Notes under the pieces: model-generated
What the model saw: only the letters and a program-made list of their open reading frames with translations
Database searches by the model: none
Told to the model about the DNA's origin: nothing
Position numbers and translations under genes: made by a program
Part shown: positions 10,040 to 18,843 of the stretch, piece by piece
Layout of the letters: each line of letters opens with the position of its first letter
Position numbering within the stretch: the stretch's first letter is position 1
Assembly (NCBI GenBank): GCA_043814985.1
Contig: JBDRJK010000014.1
Span: 34,369-98,368, forward strand
Direction of reading: 5' to 3'
Source of the DNA: Candidatus Aenigmatarchaeota archaeon
GTDB taxonomy: Archaea > Aenigmatarchaeota > Aenigmatarchaeia > Aenigmatarchaeales > Aenigmatarchaeaceae
Length of the DNA stretch: 64,000 nucleotides

Positions 10040-11394
10040 AGGTAGCACTAATAAACCCAGGAAAGACAAACAGTCTATTTTCCGCACCTTTGAGTCTGGG
10101 TTATTTGGCATCCTATGCTAGAAAATACGGAAAAGAAAAGCATGATTTTATAATAATAGATGAAACTATAGGTCAAAAGATTGAAAAAAAGCTTTCAGAA
10201 TTCCAGCCTGATGTTGTAGGAGTTAGTACTTTGACAACTGTCTCCAAAAGGGCTTATGAAATAGCAGAATTCGCCAAAAAACAGTTCAATGCTAAAACTA
10301 TAATAGGTGGAATTCATGCCTCTGTTTTGAGAGAAAAAATTCTCAAAGACTCACTGTTCGATGTTGTCGTTGTTGGTGAGGGTGAGCAAACTTTTTTAGA
10401 GTTGTTGGAATCTAAAAATATGGAGAATATAAAGGGAATAATTTATAGAAAAGACAGCAAGATTATCCAAACAGAAAAGAGAGAATTAATTAAAAATATT
10501 GATATGATACCATTTCCAGCCCGTGATCTAATGGATATAGAGTTTTATTTGTCAAGAAAAGACCAGATACAATCTTTGAATAAGAGAAATATAAACATTA
10601 TAACAAGCAGGGGCTGTCCGTATAATTGTGTTTTCTGTTCTGTTAACAAAGTCTTTGGTGGTGTTGTCAGATTCCATTCTCCCGATTATGTTAAAAAAGA
10701 AATTACCGAACTTAAGAAATATAATTTCGAGGCGCTGTTTTTTACAGACGACACATTCACCATAAACATTCCAAGGCTAAAAGAAATATGCGGTTTTATT
10801 AAAAAGAACAATATTCCATTTTTTTGTTTGGGAAGGGCGAATCTGGTTAACAGAGAAATTCTTCAAATGCTTAAAGAATCCGGCTGTGCGGAAATAGGAT
10901 TCGGTTTTGAATCAATGTCTCCAAAGATACTAAAATATTTGAAAAAGAATACTGTTACAGTAGAACAAAACAGAAATGCTGTTAGACTTTGTAAAGAAGT
11001 TGGTTTGAACCTTCAGTCTTATTTCATGATAGGCAGCCCCAATGAAACAAGAGAGGATATACAAAAGACAGTTGATTTTATTGACGAAGAAAAAATAATT
11101 CCAACAATTTTCGTTACAACTCCCTATCCTGGCACAGAACTTTGGGATTGGTGCGAAGAAAACGATTTGATTCCATCAGATATAAACTGGTCAAAGGCCC
11201 TTTTTGATTACAGAAGCCAACTTCATGCATCTAATGTCCTTACTAAAGAGGAAGTAACAAAAATTTTCCTTGATTTATTGGGAAAATACACTAAAAAAAG
11301 AAGTGCACTTAAAACTTTAAGGAAAATAATCCTAAGACCTGAAGTTTCCCTTGAAACTATAAAAGATTACATAAAAAATAAAGTGAATATATGA
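10036..11394 (+). CDS. B12-binding radical SAM protein (paralog 4)
   Basis: 452 aa. Motif SRGCPYNCVFCSV. 4-nt overlap with the upstream methyltransferase gene. Confidence 0.75.
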   Translation: MKVALINPGKTNSLFSAPLSLGYLASYARKYGKEKHDFIIIDETIGQKIEKKLSEFQPDVVGVSTLTTVSKRAYEIAEFAKKQFNAKTIIGGIHASVLREKILKDSLFDVVVVGEGEQTFLELLESKNMENIKGIIYRKDSKIIQTEKRELIKNIDMIPFPARDLMDIEFYLSRKDQIQSLNKRNINIITSRGCPYNCVFCSVNKVFGGVVRFHSPDYVKKEITELKKYNFEALFFTDDTFTINIPRLKEICGFIKKNNIPFFCLGRANLVNREILQMLKESGCAEIGFGFESMSPKILKYLKKNTVTVEQNRNAVRLCKEVGLNLQSYFMIGSPNETREDIQKTVDFIDEEKIIPTIFVTTPYPGTELWDWCEENDLIPSDINWSKALFDYRSQLHASNVLTKEEVTKIFLDLLGKYTKKRSALKTLRKIILRPEVSLETIKDYIKNKVNI

Positions 11395-12692
11395 TCACTC
11401 TTGTCTATCCAAGAACGCCCCAAACAATGAAAAGTGGTGGGAAATCCTGCCCTTTGGGCATTCAATACCTAGCTTCCTATCTGATAGACAATGGAATAAA
11501 AACCAACGTTATTGATTTCACATTTACAGATTGGAATGAATATGAAAACAAATTAAAAGAGCTGAACTCCGAATTCATTGGCTTTTCAATACAAACACCA
11601 ATAGCAGAGGATGGATTAAGGGCTGTAGAGATTGCAAGAAAGGTTTCTCCCAATTCTAAGATAATAGTTGGAGGAGCACATGCTACAGTTGCAACAAAAA
11701 GTTTGCTGGAAAATGAAAATATAGATTTTGTTGTGGTAGGAGAAGGGGAAAAGGCTCTCCTGAAAATAGTTTCTGGGCAAGCAAGTGGGAAAATAGTTCA
11801 GGGGGAGCACATTGAAAATCTGGATGAACTGCCTTTTCCAAAAAGAGAATTGATGAATTATGAAGAATATTTGAAAATAGGCCGTTCTATGGAACTAATG
11901 GTTTCAAGAGGATGTCCCTTTAACTGCATATTTTGCCAGCCAACACAGAGAAAACTATTTGGCAATAAGGTAAGGACAAGAAGCCCTGAGAATGTCATAG
12001 AAGAAATAAAATACATAATAGAAAAATATGGTAAAAACTTTATTTTTTTCTTTCTTGACGACACATTTACATGGAATGAGGAATGGCTTGAAAAATTCTG
12101 CAATATGGTAAAGCCTTTCAAAATAAGTTGGTCATGTTTGACTAGGGTAAACAGCGTGGATGAAAAGAAACTTAAAATGATGAAGGGGTCAGGCTGCATT
12201 TACATAGCCTATGGTATAGAATCTGGCTCCCAAAAAATTTTGAACTTCATGCGTAAAGGTATAACTGTAGAACAAATAAAGGAAGCATTTAAATTGACAC
12301 ATAAGACAGGGATTCTATGTTACGCATTCATTATAATAGGAACTCCTACGGAAACAAAAGAAGACCTTGAAATGACAGTTGATTTGATAAAGGAAATACA
12401 TCCAGACGGTATACAAATAAGCATAATGACCCCCCTAATAGGCACAGACTTGGATAATTATTGCTCTGAAAGGAAAATAGGAAATATAAAAAATCTTTCA
12501 GATTATCATTACTCTATGAACAATTACCCTATAAAGTTGGAAAACCTTACAAAAGAGGACATATCATTTTATAAGAAAAAAATATTTAATGTTTCAAAAT
12601 CAAAAAAATATAAAAACTATCCCAAATATATCAAGATGGCTTTGTTTAATAGGAAAATGTTATTTTTATTTTTAAAGAAGGATAGAATATAA
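11391..12692 (+). CDS. B12-binding radical SAM protein (paralog 5)
   Basis: 433 aa. Motif SRGCPFNCIFCQP. 4-nt overlap with paralog 4. Confidence 0.75.
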   Translation: MITLVYPRTPQTMKSGGKSCPLGIQYLASYLIDNGIKTNVIDFTFTDWNEYENKLKELNSEFIGFSIQTPIAEDGLRAVEIARKVSPNSKIIVGGAHATVATKSLLENENIDFVVVGEGEKALLKIVSGQASGKIVQGEHIENLDELPFPKRELMNYEEYLKIGRSMELMVSRGCPFNCIFCQPTQRKLFGNKVRTRSPENVIEEIKYIIEKYGKNFIFFFLDDTFTWNEEWLEKFCNMVKPFKISWSCLTRVNSVDEKKLKMMKGSGCIYIAYGIESGSQKILNFMRKGITVEQIKEAFKLTHKTGILCYAFIIIGTPTETKEDLEMTVDLIKEIHPDGIQISIMTPLIGTDLDNYCSERKIGNIKNLSDYHYSMNNYPIKLENLTKEDISFYKKKIFNVSKSKKYKNYPKYIKMALFNRKMLFLFLKKDRI

Positions 12693-12744
12693 AAAAGTAT
12701 ATATATAGACTTAAAAGTGCTATTAATAGTTCAAGGCTAGTTAA

Positions 12745-13323
12745 ATGAATGTAAAAGAAAAAGCGAAAATATATTCGACTGATTACTACAAATCATTAAA
12801 TAAACTGTTGAAAGAAAACGTCAAAGGTAATAAGATTTTTATAATGGGAACACATGCTGATAACGATGTCAAACAGTTTTTAGATAAAGATGTTTTGATT
12901 ATAGATCCTTTCAATTCCTTTTTCAAAGAATACAAAGAGGAATTCGAAAAATTCAAAAATATAAAAATTAAGAAAATGCTTTGGGAAGATATTAATGTAA
13001 ATAAGATATTTGATTGTGTAATATGTTGCGATTGTATAGAGCACTCCAAAAAACCTTACAAGATTCTGAACAAGATAACCAAATTATCAAACCGTATAAT
13101 ATTATCATGCCCCAATGGGTTTTGGTGGTTTAGAGACGCACACAGATATGAGGACCATGGGCACGGTGCCCATATTTCACATTTCACTATAGGAGAGCTC
13201 AAAAAATTCTTTAAACAAAGGGGATATAAGGTTGAGATAAGAGGACTATTACATTATCCATGGCTAAGAGGAATTTTTTCTCTAGGTATATTTTTGAAGG
13301 CAGTAAAAAATGAAAAAACCTAA
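12745..13323 (+). CDS. methyltransferase-like protein (degenerate class I fold)
   Basis: 192 aa. Post-motif segment CVICCDCIEHSKKPYKILNKI resembles the Methyltransf_11/23 region, but no clean GxGxG motif I was seen. Confidence 0.35.
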   Translation: MNVKEKAKIYSTDYYKSLNKLLKENVKGNKIFIMGTHADNDVKQFLDKDVLIIDPFNSFFKEYKEEFEKFKNIKIKKMLWEDINVNKIFDCVICCDCIEHSKKPYKILNKITKLSNRIILSCPNGFWWFRDAHRYEDHGHGAHISHFTIGELKKFFKQRGYKVEIRGLLHYPWLRGIFSLGIFLKAVKNEKT

Positions 13324-14065
13324 AGTATCGTTGGTCGTTACAAGCTACAATAGAAAGGACTTAATTAAGAAATGCTTAAACTCATTACTAAACTTAGACT
13401 ACCCAAATAAAGAAATCCTGATAGTAGATTCAGGATCAAAAGACGGAACATTAGAAATGCTAAGAAAGGAATTCTCAAAAATAAGACTCCTAACTACGAA
13501 AAGTGATTCTTTGGTAGAGGCGCACAATCTAGGGATAAAGGAAACTAATGGGGATTATTTCATGAGGGTAGATGATGATCTTGAACTCGATAAAAATTTC
13601 GTGAAAGAACTGGTAAAACTGATGGAGAAAGATAAGAATATTGGGGTTTCTGGAGGAAAAATATATTATCCAAAAACAAACACAATTTGGTGTGTTGGTG
13701 GAAAGATAAACTTCCTAACTGGAATAGTTACGACTCTTGGAATAGGAGAAAAAGACAAGGGTCAATATGATTATACGAGAGAAGTTGATTATATCGGCTC
13801 TTTGATGTTCACAAGAAGAGAGATATTCGATAAGATAGGCGTTCTGGATAAGAGGTTTTCCCCACTTTGCTATGAAGACATAGATTTTTGTGTCAGGGCC
13901 AGGAAAGGGGGTTATAAAGTAGTTTACGTCCCAACTGCTGTTGCTTATCATTATAGAAAGAATAGAAAAATGAATATGATGAGAAGAATTAGAAATGTTT
14001 GGCTGATACAATATCATAAGTTAAAATTTTTAGGGAAACATTTTGGCGGTAAAAGTGTTGTTTAA
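13310..14065 (+). CDS. GT2 family glycosyltransferase
   Basis: 251 aa. GT-A signature VSLVVTSYNRKDLIKKCLNSL...ILIVDSGSKDGT and DxD-like VDDDLE. Confidence 0.65.
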   Translation: MKKPKVSLVVTSYNRKDLIKKCLNSLLNLDYPNKEILIVDSGSKDGTLEMLRKEFSKIRLLTTKSDSLVEAHNLGIKETNGDYFMRVDDDLELDKNFVKELVKLMEKDKNIGVSGGKIYYPKTNTIWCVGGKINFLTGIVTTLGIGEKDKGQYDYTREVDYIGSLMFTRREIFDKIGVLDKRFSPLCYEDIDFCVRARKGGYKVVYVPTAVAYHYRKNRKMNMMRRIRNVWLIQYHKLKFLGKHFGGKSVV

Positions 14066-15092
14066 CTGGCTAAGATACATTTATTGTAAAAACTCTGATA
14101 GACACCATGTTAGGTCTATAACTTTGGAAGTCACGACTAAATGTAACAATAGATGCTTAATGTGCGATATATGGAAATCCAAAGACAAAAATGACATGAA
14201 GCTTGAAGATATAGAGAAATTCTTTAAAAACTCAAAGTTAAGGGATGTCAGAAGTTTTGCCTTCATGGGTGGGGAGACATACCTTTACACCCACTTAGTT
14301 GAAGCAACTAGACTACTCAAAAAATATGTACCACATACACGCCTTTTCACCTCTTCAAACTGTTATGCTACCGATATTGTTGTCAAAAAAGCAGTTGTGA
14401 TGAATGAAATTATGCCATTATATTTCTGTGCATCATTAGACGGTTTGGAAAAGACCCACAATCACATAAGAGGAGTAAAGGATTCCTACAAACATGTGAT
14501 GAAAACAATCAAACTTCTAAAAGAAAACGGAATAGACCCCTTTGTGTCATTTACATTAGTCCCAGAAAATTACAAACAACTAGAAGAAGTTTATAAAAAG
14601 GTGAGAAAAATGGGCATTAAGAGCATGAGCTCAAGACCAGCTTCCTGTGGTGTCTATTTCGATAATTTAGACAAGAAATTTACCTTCACAGATAAACAGA
14701 AGGCAGAAATGCTCAAAGAGATGAAAAGAATAGATTATGGAGGTCATTTCCTGCTTTATGGGTCAGCGGAATTCCTCCAAGGAAGGAGAGTATTGCCTTG
14801 TGGCGCAGGCTACTTTTCTTGCTTCATAACCAAAAATTTCGATGTTTACCCTTGCACACATTGCCCCAAGGATTGGAATATGGGTAATCTAAGAAACTTT
14901 AATTTCAACCTAGAAAAACTTCTTGACTCTAAAAAAGCCAAAAAAATCAGAAGAAAGGTTGATGTATGTAATAGCTGTATTAACGATATGGAATTCTGCG
15001 CAACCTACTCTATGCAACAATTCAAAGTTGCCTCCTGGTTGTTGAGCAGAAAGCCTTTGTCATGGTTCTTTAAACAGCTATTTAAAAAATAA
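14043..15092 (+). CDS. radical SAM protein with C-terminal SPASM/twitch-like Cys-rich domain
   Basis: 349 aa. CNNRCLMCDIW (Cx3Cx2C) near the N-terminus. The C-terminal cysteine cluster CGAGYFSCFITKNFDVYPCTHC...CNSCINDMEFC fits an auxiliary Fe-S (SPASM) domain. Confidence 0.6.
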   Translation: MAVKVLFNWLRYIYCKNSDRHHVRSITLEVTTKCNNRCLMCDIWKSKDKNDMKLEDIEKFFKNSKLRDVRSFAFMGGETYLYTHLVEATRLLKKYVPHTRLFTSSNCYATDIVVKKAVVMNEIMPLYFCASLDGLEKTHNHIRGVKDSYKHVMKTIKLLKENGIDPFVSFTLVPENYKQLEEVYKKVRKMGIKSMSSRPASCGVYFDNLDKKFTFTDKQKAEMLKEMKRIDYGGHFLLYGSAEFLQGRRVLPCGAGYFSCFITKNFDVYPCTHCPKDWNMGNLRNFNFNLEKLLDSKKAKKIRRKVDVCNSCINDMEFCATYSMQQFKVASWLLSRKPLSWFFKQLFKK

Positions 15093-15140
15093 AAATCTGT
15101 TTTAGAAACATATTTAAAATTCGAACTTAAAGATGATTGT

Positions 15141-16550
15141 ATGAAAGTTTTACTCGCTAATCCTCCGGGTCCTTGGATAAGGTGTAGATGGGACATAGAA
15201 CTGCCTGAGAAGAATGTAATAAAATACTTCCCATATCCTGTTAGACTGGCTTATGCTACAGGTGTGCTGAAAAAGCATGGCTATGATGCACTTATGATTG
15301 ACTGCACAGCAGAAGAAATAAACAGAAGAGAGTTTATTAAAAGATTCAAAAAACTCAAGCCTAACATAATCATATGGGAGACCACAGCATCTTCTTTTGA
15401 CTATGATTTGGAAACCATAAAGAAACTAAAGAAAATCAATCCAAAGGTTCTGATAGGGGCCTCTGGTTACCATGCAACACCAACTTACAAGGAATGCCTT
15501 GAAGGCGGTTATGACTTTGTTATTGTGGGAGAATGCGATTACAGCATTCTTGATTTTGTTAAGTGGTTTAACAAGGAAATCAAAAAATTCCCAAGGGGAG
15601 TTGCCATGAAAAGGCACAAGTTTGTTTCCAGACCTTTAATAAAGAACATTAATGAATTGCCTTGGCCTGAGAGGGAATCCCTACCAATGAAGAAATATAA
15701 TGACCCTAAGTTGCATGGTTTCAATCTAGTGATTATATCTAGCAGAGGCTGCCCGTGGGGTTGTAATTTCTGCACCTCTTCTGTCTACTATAGAAATACA
15801 AACTATAGGATGAGAGATCCGTTAAATGTTGTTGATGAGATGGAGTATTTGTGGAACAAATACAAGCCTGACGAACTGTACTTTGACGATGACAACTTTG
15901 CAGTCAATAAGAAACATGTTAGGGATATATGCAATGATATTTTAAAGAGAAAGTTAAAAATCAGTTGGAACTGTATGGTCGATGCGCTTATAGACTTCAA
16001 GTTAATGAAGCTGATGAAGAAGGCTGGTTGTACAGGAATAACAATAGGTGCTGAGTCCGCAGATGATAAAGTCCTAAAACAGATGGAAGGCAAGCCAATA
16101 ACAAGGGCTTACATAAAGAAATTCATCAGCTATTGCAGAAAGCTCAAGTTAAGGTCACATGTTTGTTGGGTACTTGGGATGAAGGGATCTTCAAAAGAAA
16201 GCGACATGGACACTATTAAATTTGCTATTGAATTAAACTCTGATACGCTGCAATTCGCCATTTGCGTGCCGTTTGTTGGCACAAGACTCTATAAGTGGTG
16301 CTCTGATAAGGGCTATCTTGCAGGCTCATGGAGAGACATAAAAGGCAACAGCAGAGGCATTGTGAGCTATCCAAACTATTCCCATGAAGAAATTGAGGAC
16401 ATGCTGAAATACGCCTTCAAGATGTGGCACAGGAAGATGCTCTTCAAAAGGCCGGACATCATAATATTCCATTTTTACAACCTGTACAAATACCAGGGAT
16501 TCGGGGAAGTAATTAAGGTTTCTTTAAAAAACTTAAAGGAAATATTTTAA
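15141..16550 (+). CDS. B12-binding radical SAM protein (paralog 6)
   Basis: 469 aa. MKVLLANPPGP...AYATGVLKKHGYDALMIDC, then SRGCPWGCNFCTS. Confidence 0.75.
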   Translation: MKVLLANPPGPWIRCRWDIELPEKNVIKYFPYPVRLAYATGVLKKHGYDALMIDCTAEEINRREFIKRFKKLKPNIIIWETTASSFDYDLETIKKLKKINPKVLIGASGYHATPTYKECLEGGYDFVIVGECDYSILDFVKWFNKEIKKFPRGVAMKRHKFVSRPLIKNINELPWPERESLPMKKYNDPKLHGFNLVIISSRGCPWGCNFCTSSVYYRNTNYRMRDPLNVVDEMEYLWNKYKPDELYFDDDNFAVNKKHVRDICNDILKRKLKISWNCMVDALIDFKLMKLMKKAGCTGITIGAESADDKVLKQMEGKPITRAYIKKFISYCRKLKLRSHVCWVLGMKGSSKESDMDTIKFAIELNSDTLQFAICVPFVGTRLYKWCSDKGYLAGSWRDIKGNSRGIVSYPNYSHEEIEDMLKYAFKMWHRKMLFKRPDIIIFHFYNLYKYQGFGEVIKVSLKNLKEIF

Positions 16551-16566
16551 TTGGGTTGAGAGGCTT

Positions 16567-17208
16567 ATGCCAAAGGTTTCAGTAGTTTCAATAGCAAAGA
16601 GAGAAAGAGAACTGGACCAATTGAAGAAGGCTCTCAGAAAGCAGACATACAAGAACTTTGAGTTCGTCTTTTCTACAAAAAGGGGCATACCAAATGCCTG
16701 GAACGATGCTATAGGAAGGGCTAAAGGAGATATTATAATCATTACTGAGTCAGACTGCCTTCCTCTCAACAACAAATGGCTTGAAGAAATGGTAAGGGCC
16801 ATTAAGAAAACTGACAAGAAAACACTAATAAGGGGAGTAGAAATACAACCAACTCCCTGGTGCTGGTCTAACATAGGATGCCATGCTTCTGTTCTCAAGG
16901 ACAATCCTCTTGATGAGTGTTATCCTGTTGGTGAGGACACTGAACTGTTCGCAAGGCTCAAGAAGAAAGGCTACAAAAACATCGAGCTTCCAATAGCGCC
17001 TGTGATACACTTCAAGAAATACAAAGGCTTCTCAAGAACAGTGAAGGACTACTATACCTATGGAATTCTGCTTTCTAAGATAAGAAGAAAGTACGGCTTT
17101 GTAGGTTTTGAAAAGAGCACAGACAAGTCATCTTTCTTGAAAAAAGAATTAACCATAATATTTTCTAGGATTTCATATATTATTGGAATAATCAGGGGCA
17201 TGATATGA
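16567..17208 (+). CDS. small GT2-like glycosyltransferase
   Basis: 213 aa. VSVVSIAKRERELDQLKKALRKQTY...DAIGRAKGDIIIITESDC resembles the GT-A core with a DxD-like ESD. Confidence 0.4.
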   Translation: MPKVSVVSIAKRERELDQLKKALRKQTYKNFEFVFSTKRGIPNAWNDAIGRAKGDIIIITESDCLPLNNKWLEEMVRAIKKTDKKTLIRGVEIQPTPWCWSNIGCHASVLKDNPLDECYPVGEDTELFARLKKKGYKNIELPIAPVIHFKKYKGFSRTVKDYYTYGILLSKIRRKYGFVGFEKSTDKSSFLKKELTIIFSRISYIIGIIRGMI

Positions 17209-17238
17209 TAGAAACTACATACTACAAGGGAAAAAATC

Positions 17239-18180
17239 ATGAATAGGGTAAAAATAAGTTTTCTAATTACGGCATTGAACGAGGAAAAGACAATAGGGAA
17301 GGTTCTTGATAATCTGGCAAGATTGAAAAAAGTTGAGCCTAACATAGAAGTTCTGGCTGCTATTGACGGGTCAACAGACAGGACAGAGGAAATAATGAAA
17401 AGATACAGATTTGTCAAGATTCTTATCCGCGGTCCTCGCAGGGGAAAGGACGTTTCAGTTCACAAGTTAACACAGGCTGCAAAGGGTGGAATATTAGTTA
17501 TCCACGATTCAGATTGGATATTTAGGTGGAACAAGAAATCAATCAAAAAAATGATAAAATTCTTCAAGGAAAATCCTGATGTAGGCGGTTATGTCCAAAG
17601 CTTCTTTAACAGGAGAGAGGATTATCTGAATGATCCAGCGCCATTTACTGTGAAGATTGGTTTTATAGGAGAGTCAGTAGCTTCTAACTTGATAAGAGGT
17701 TTTGCCAGAAAGCATCATGAGAAGTGTAAAAGATTGGAGGATTTGATTTTCACACCCCTGGTTTTTATCATGAGGGGTGGGATAATTTCAAAAAAGACAA
17801 GATTAAACAAGAAGGAAATAGGAGACGAAATGAAAAGAACGCATGAAATAATGAAGAAAGGATACAGGATAGTTTACACAGATACTGAATTGCCGTATTT
17901 TGAAATTTTATACAAGAAAACAAGCTTCAATGATTTGGTAAGTCAAAGAACCAGGGGCTTCCTCCTTAACAGCTTCCAACCTAAAATCTACGGTTGGAAT
18001 GTCACAAAATATTATTTTCTGATAGTTACACATTTCATAAAGAATTACTTTAAACTCAGCCCAATAGAAATGATAGGACTAGATGTTTGGATTTTATCGG
18101 CTATGATATCATATATAAAAGTTAAAACAGGATTAGTAAAAGATAAAAAACCCTGGTCATACAGAGTAAAAAGACGATGA
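17239..18180 (+). CDS. GT2 family glycosyltransferase
   Basis: 313 aa. KISFLITALNEEKTIGKVLDNL...AAIDGSTDRT. DxD-like HDSDW. Confidence 0.55.
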   Translation: MNRVKISFLITALNEEKTIGKVLDNLARLKKVEPNIEVLAAIDGSTDRTEEIMKRYRFVKILIRGPRRGKDVSVHKLTQAAKGGILVIHDSDWIFRWNKKSIKKMIKFFKENPDVGGYVQSFFNRREDYLNDPAPFTVKIGFIGESVASNLIRGFARKHHEKCKRLEDLIFTPLVFIMRGGIISKKTRLNKKEIGDEMKRTHEIMKKGYRIVYTDTELPYFEILYKKTSFNDLVSQRTRGFLLNSFQPKIYGWNVTKYYFLIVTHFIKNYFKLSPIEMIGLDVWILSAMISYIKVKTGLVKDKKPWSYRVKRR

Positions 18181-18839
18181 TTACTAAAAAATTAAGTTCT
18201 ATGTCTGATAAAATGAAAAGAAAAAAAACCGTAGAGAAAGAATTTGACGATTTATGGAAGGAAACAAAATCAGTTTCATTTCTGGGAGGAATAATTTTCT
18301 ATATATCTGAGAGGGCAGCAATGAAGTCGATAGGCTTCATCAGCAGAAAATCCAAGGTTGTAGATGTTGGTTGTGCTACAGGAAGAACCCTCCTTCTTTT
18401 TAGAAAATACGGCTTTTCAGACAGCATTGGAATAGACATATCAAAAGAGAGCCTGAAAATATGCAATTCAGAGGGTCTTGAGACAGGCAAGGATGTTTTT
18501 CTCATGGATGCCAAACGCATGAAATTCAAGAAAAGGTCCTTTGACTTGGTATTTGCAGAGGGACTTCTTGAGCACTTTGAAAACTTCCAGCCCTTTGTTG
18601 ACGAGATGTGCAGGATAAGCAAGAAATATGTTATGGTAATACAACCTAATGCGTTCTCTTACTGGCATCATATAGAAAATTTTTACTGGAAATTTTTCCC
18701 AAGGGACCATGTAGAGCAGCTGGCATATAGCTTGGATGATTTCAACAAAGCCTTTATGAAGAACAACTTCAAACTTAAAAAGGTTAAAAACTTAATTTTA
18801 AATTCAGGTTGGTCAATACTTTACGAAAGAAAAAAGTGA
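18177..18839 (+). CDS. class I SAM-dependent methyltransferase
   Basis: 220 aa. Motif I VVDVGCATGRT, plus GIDIS and a motif-II-like DLVFAEG. 4-nt overlap with the upstream GT2 gene. Confidence 0.65.
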   Translation: MITKKLSSMSDKMKRKKTVEKEFDDLWKETKSVSFLGGIIFYISERAAMKSIGFISRKSKVVDVGCATGRTLLLFRKYGFSDSIGIDISKESLKICNSEGLETGKDVFLMDAKRMKFKKRSFDLVFAEGLLEHFENFQPFVDEMCRISKKYVMVIQPNAFSYWHHIENFYWKFFPRDHVEQLAYSLDDFNKAFMKNNFKLKKVKNLILNSGWSILYERKK

Positions 18840-18843
18840 TTTA

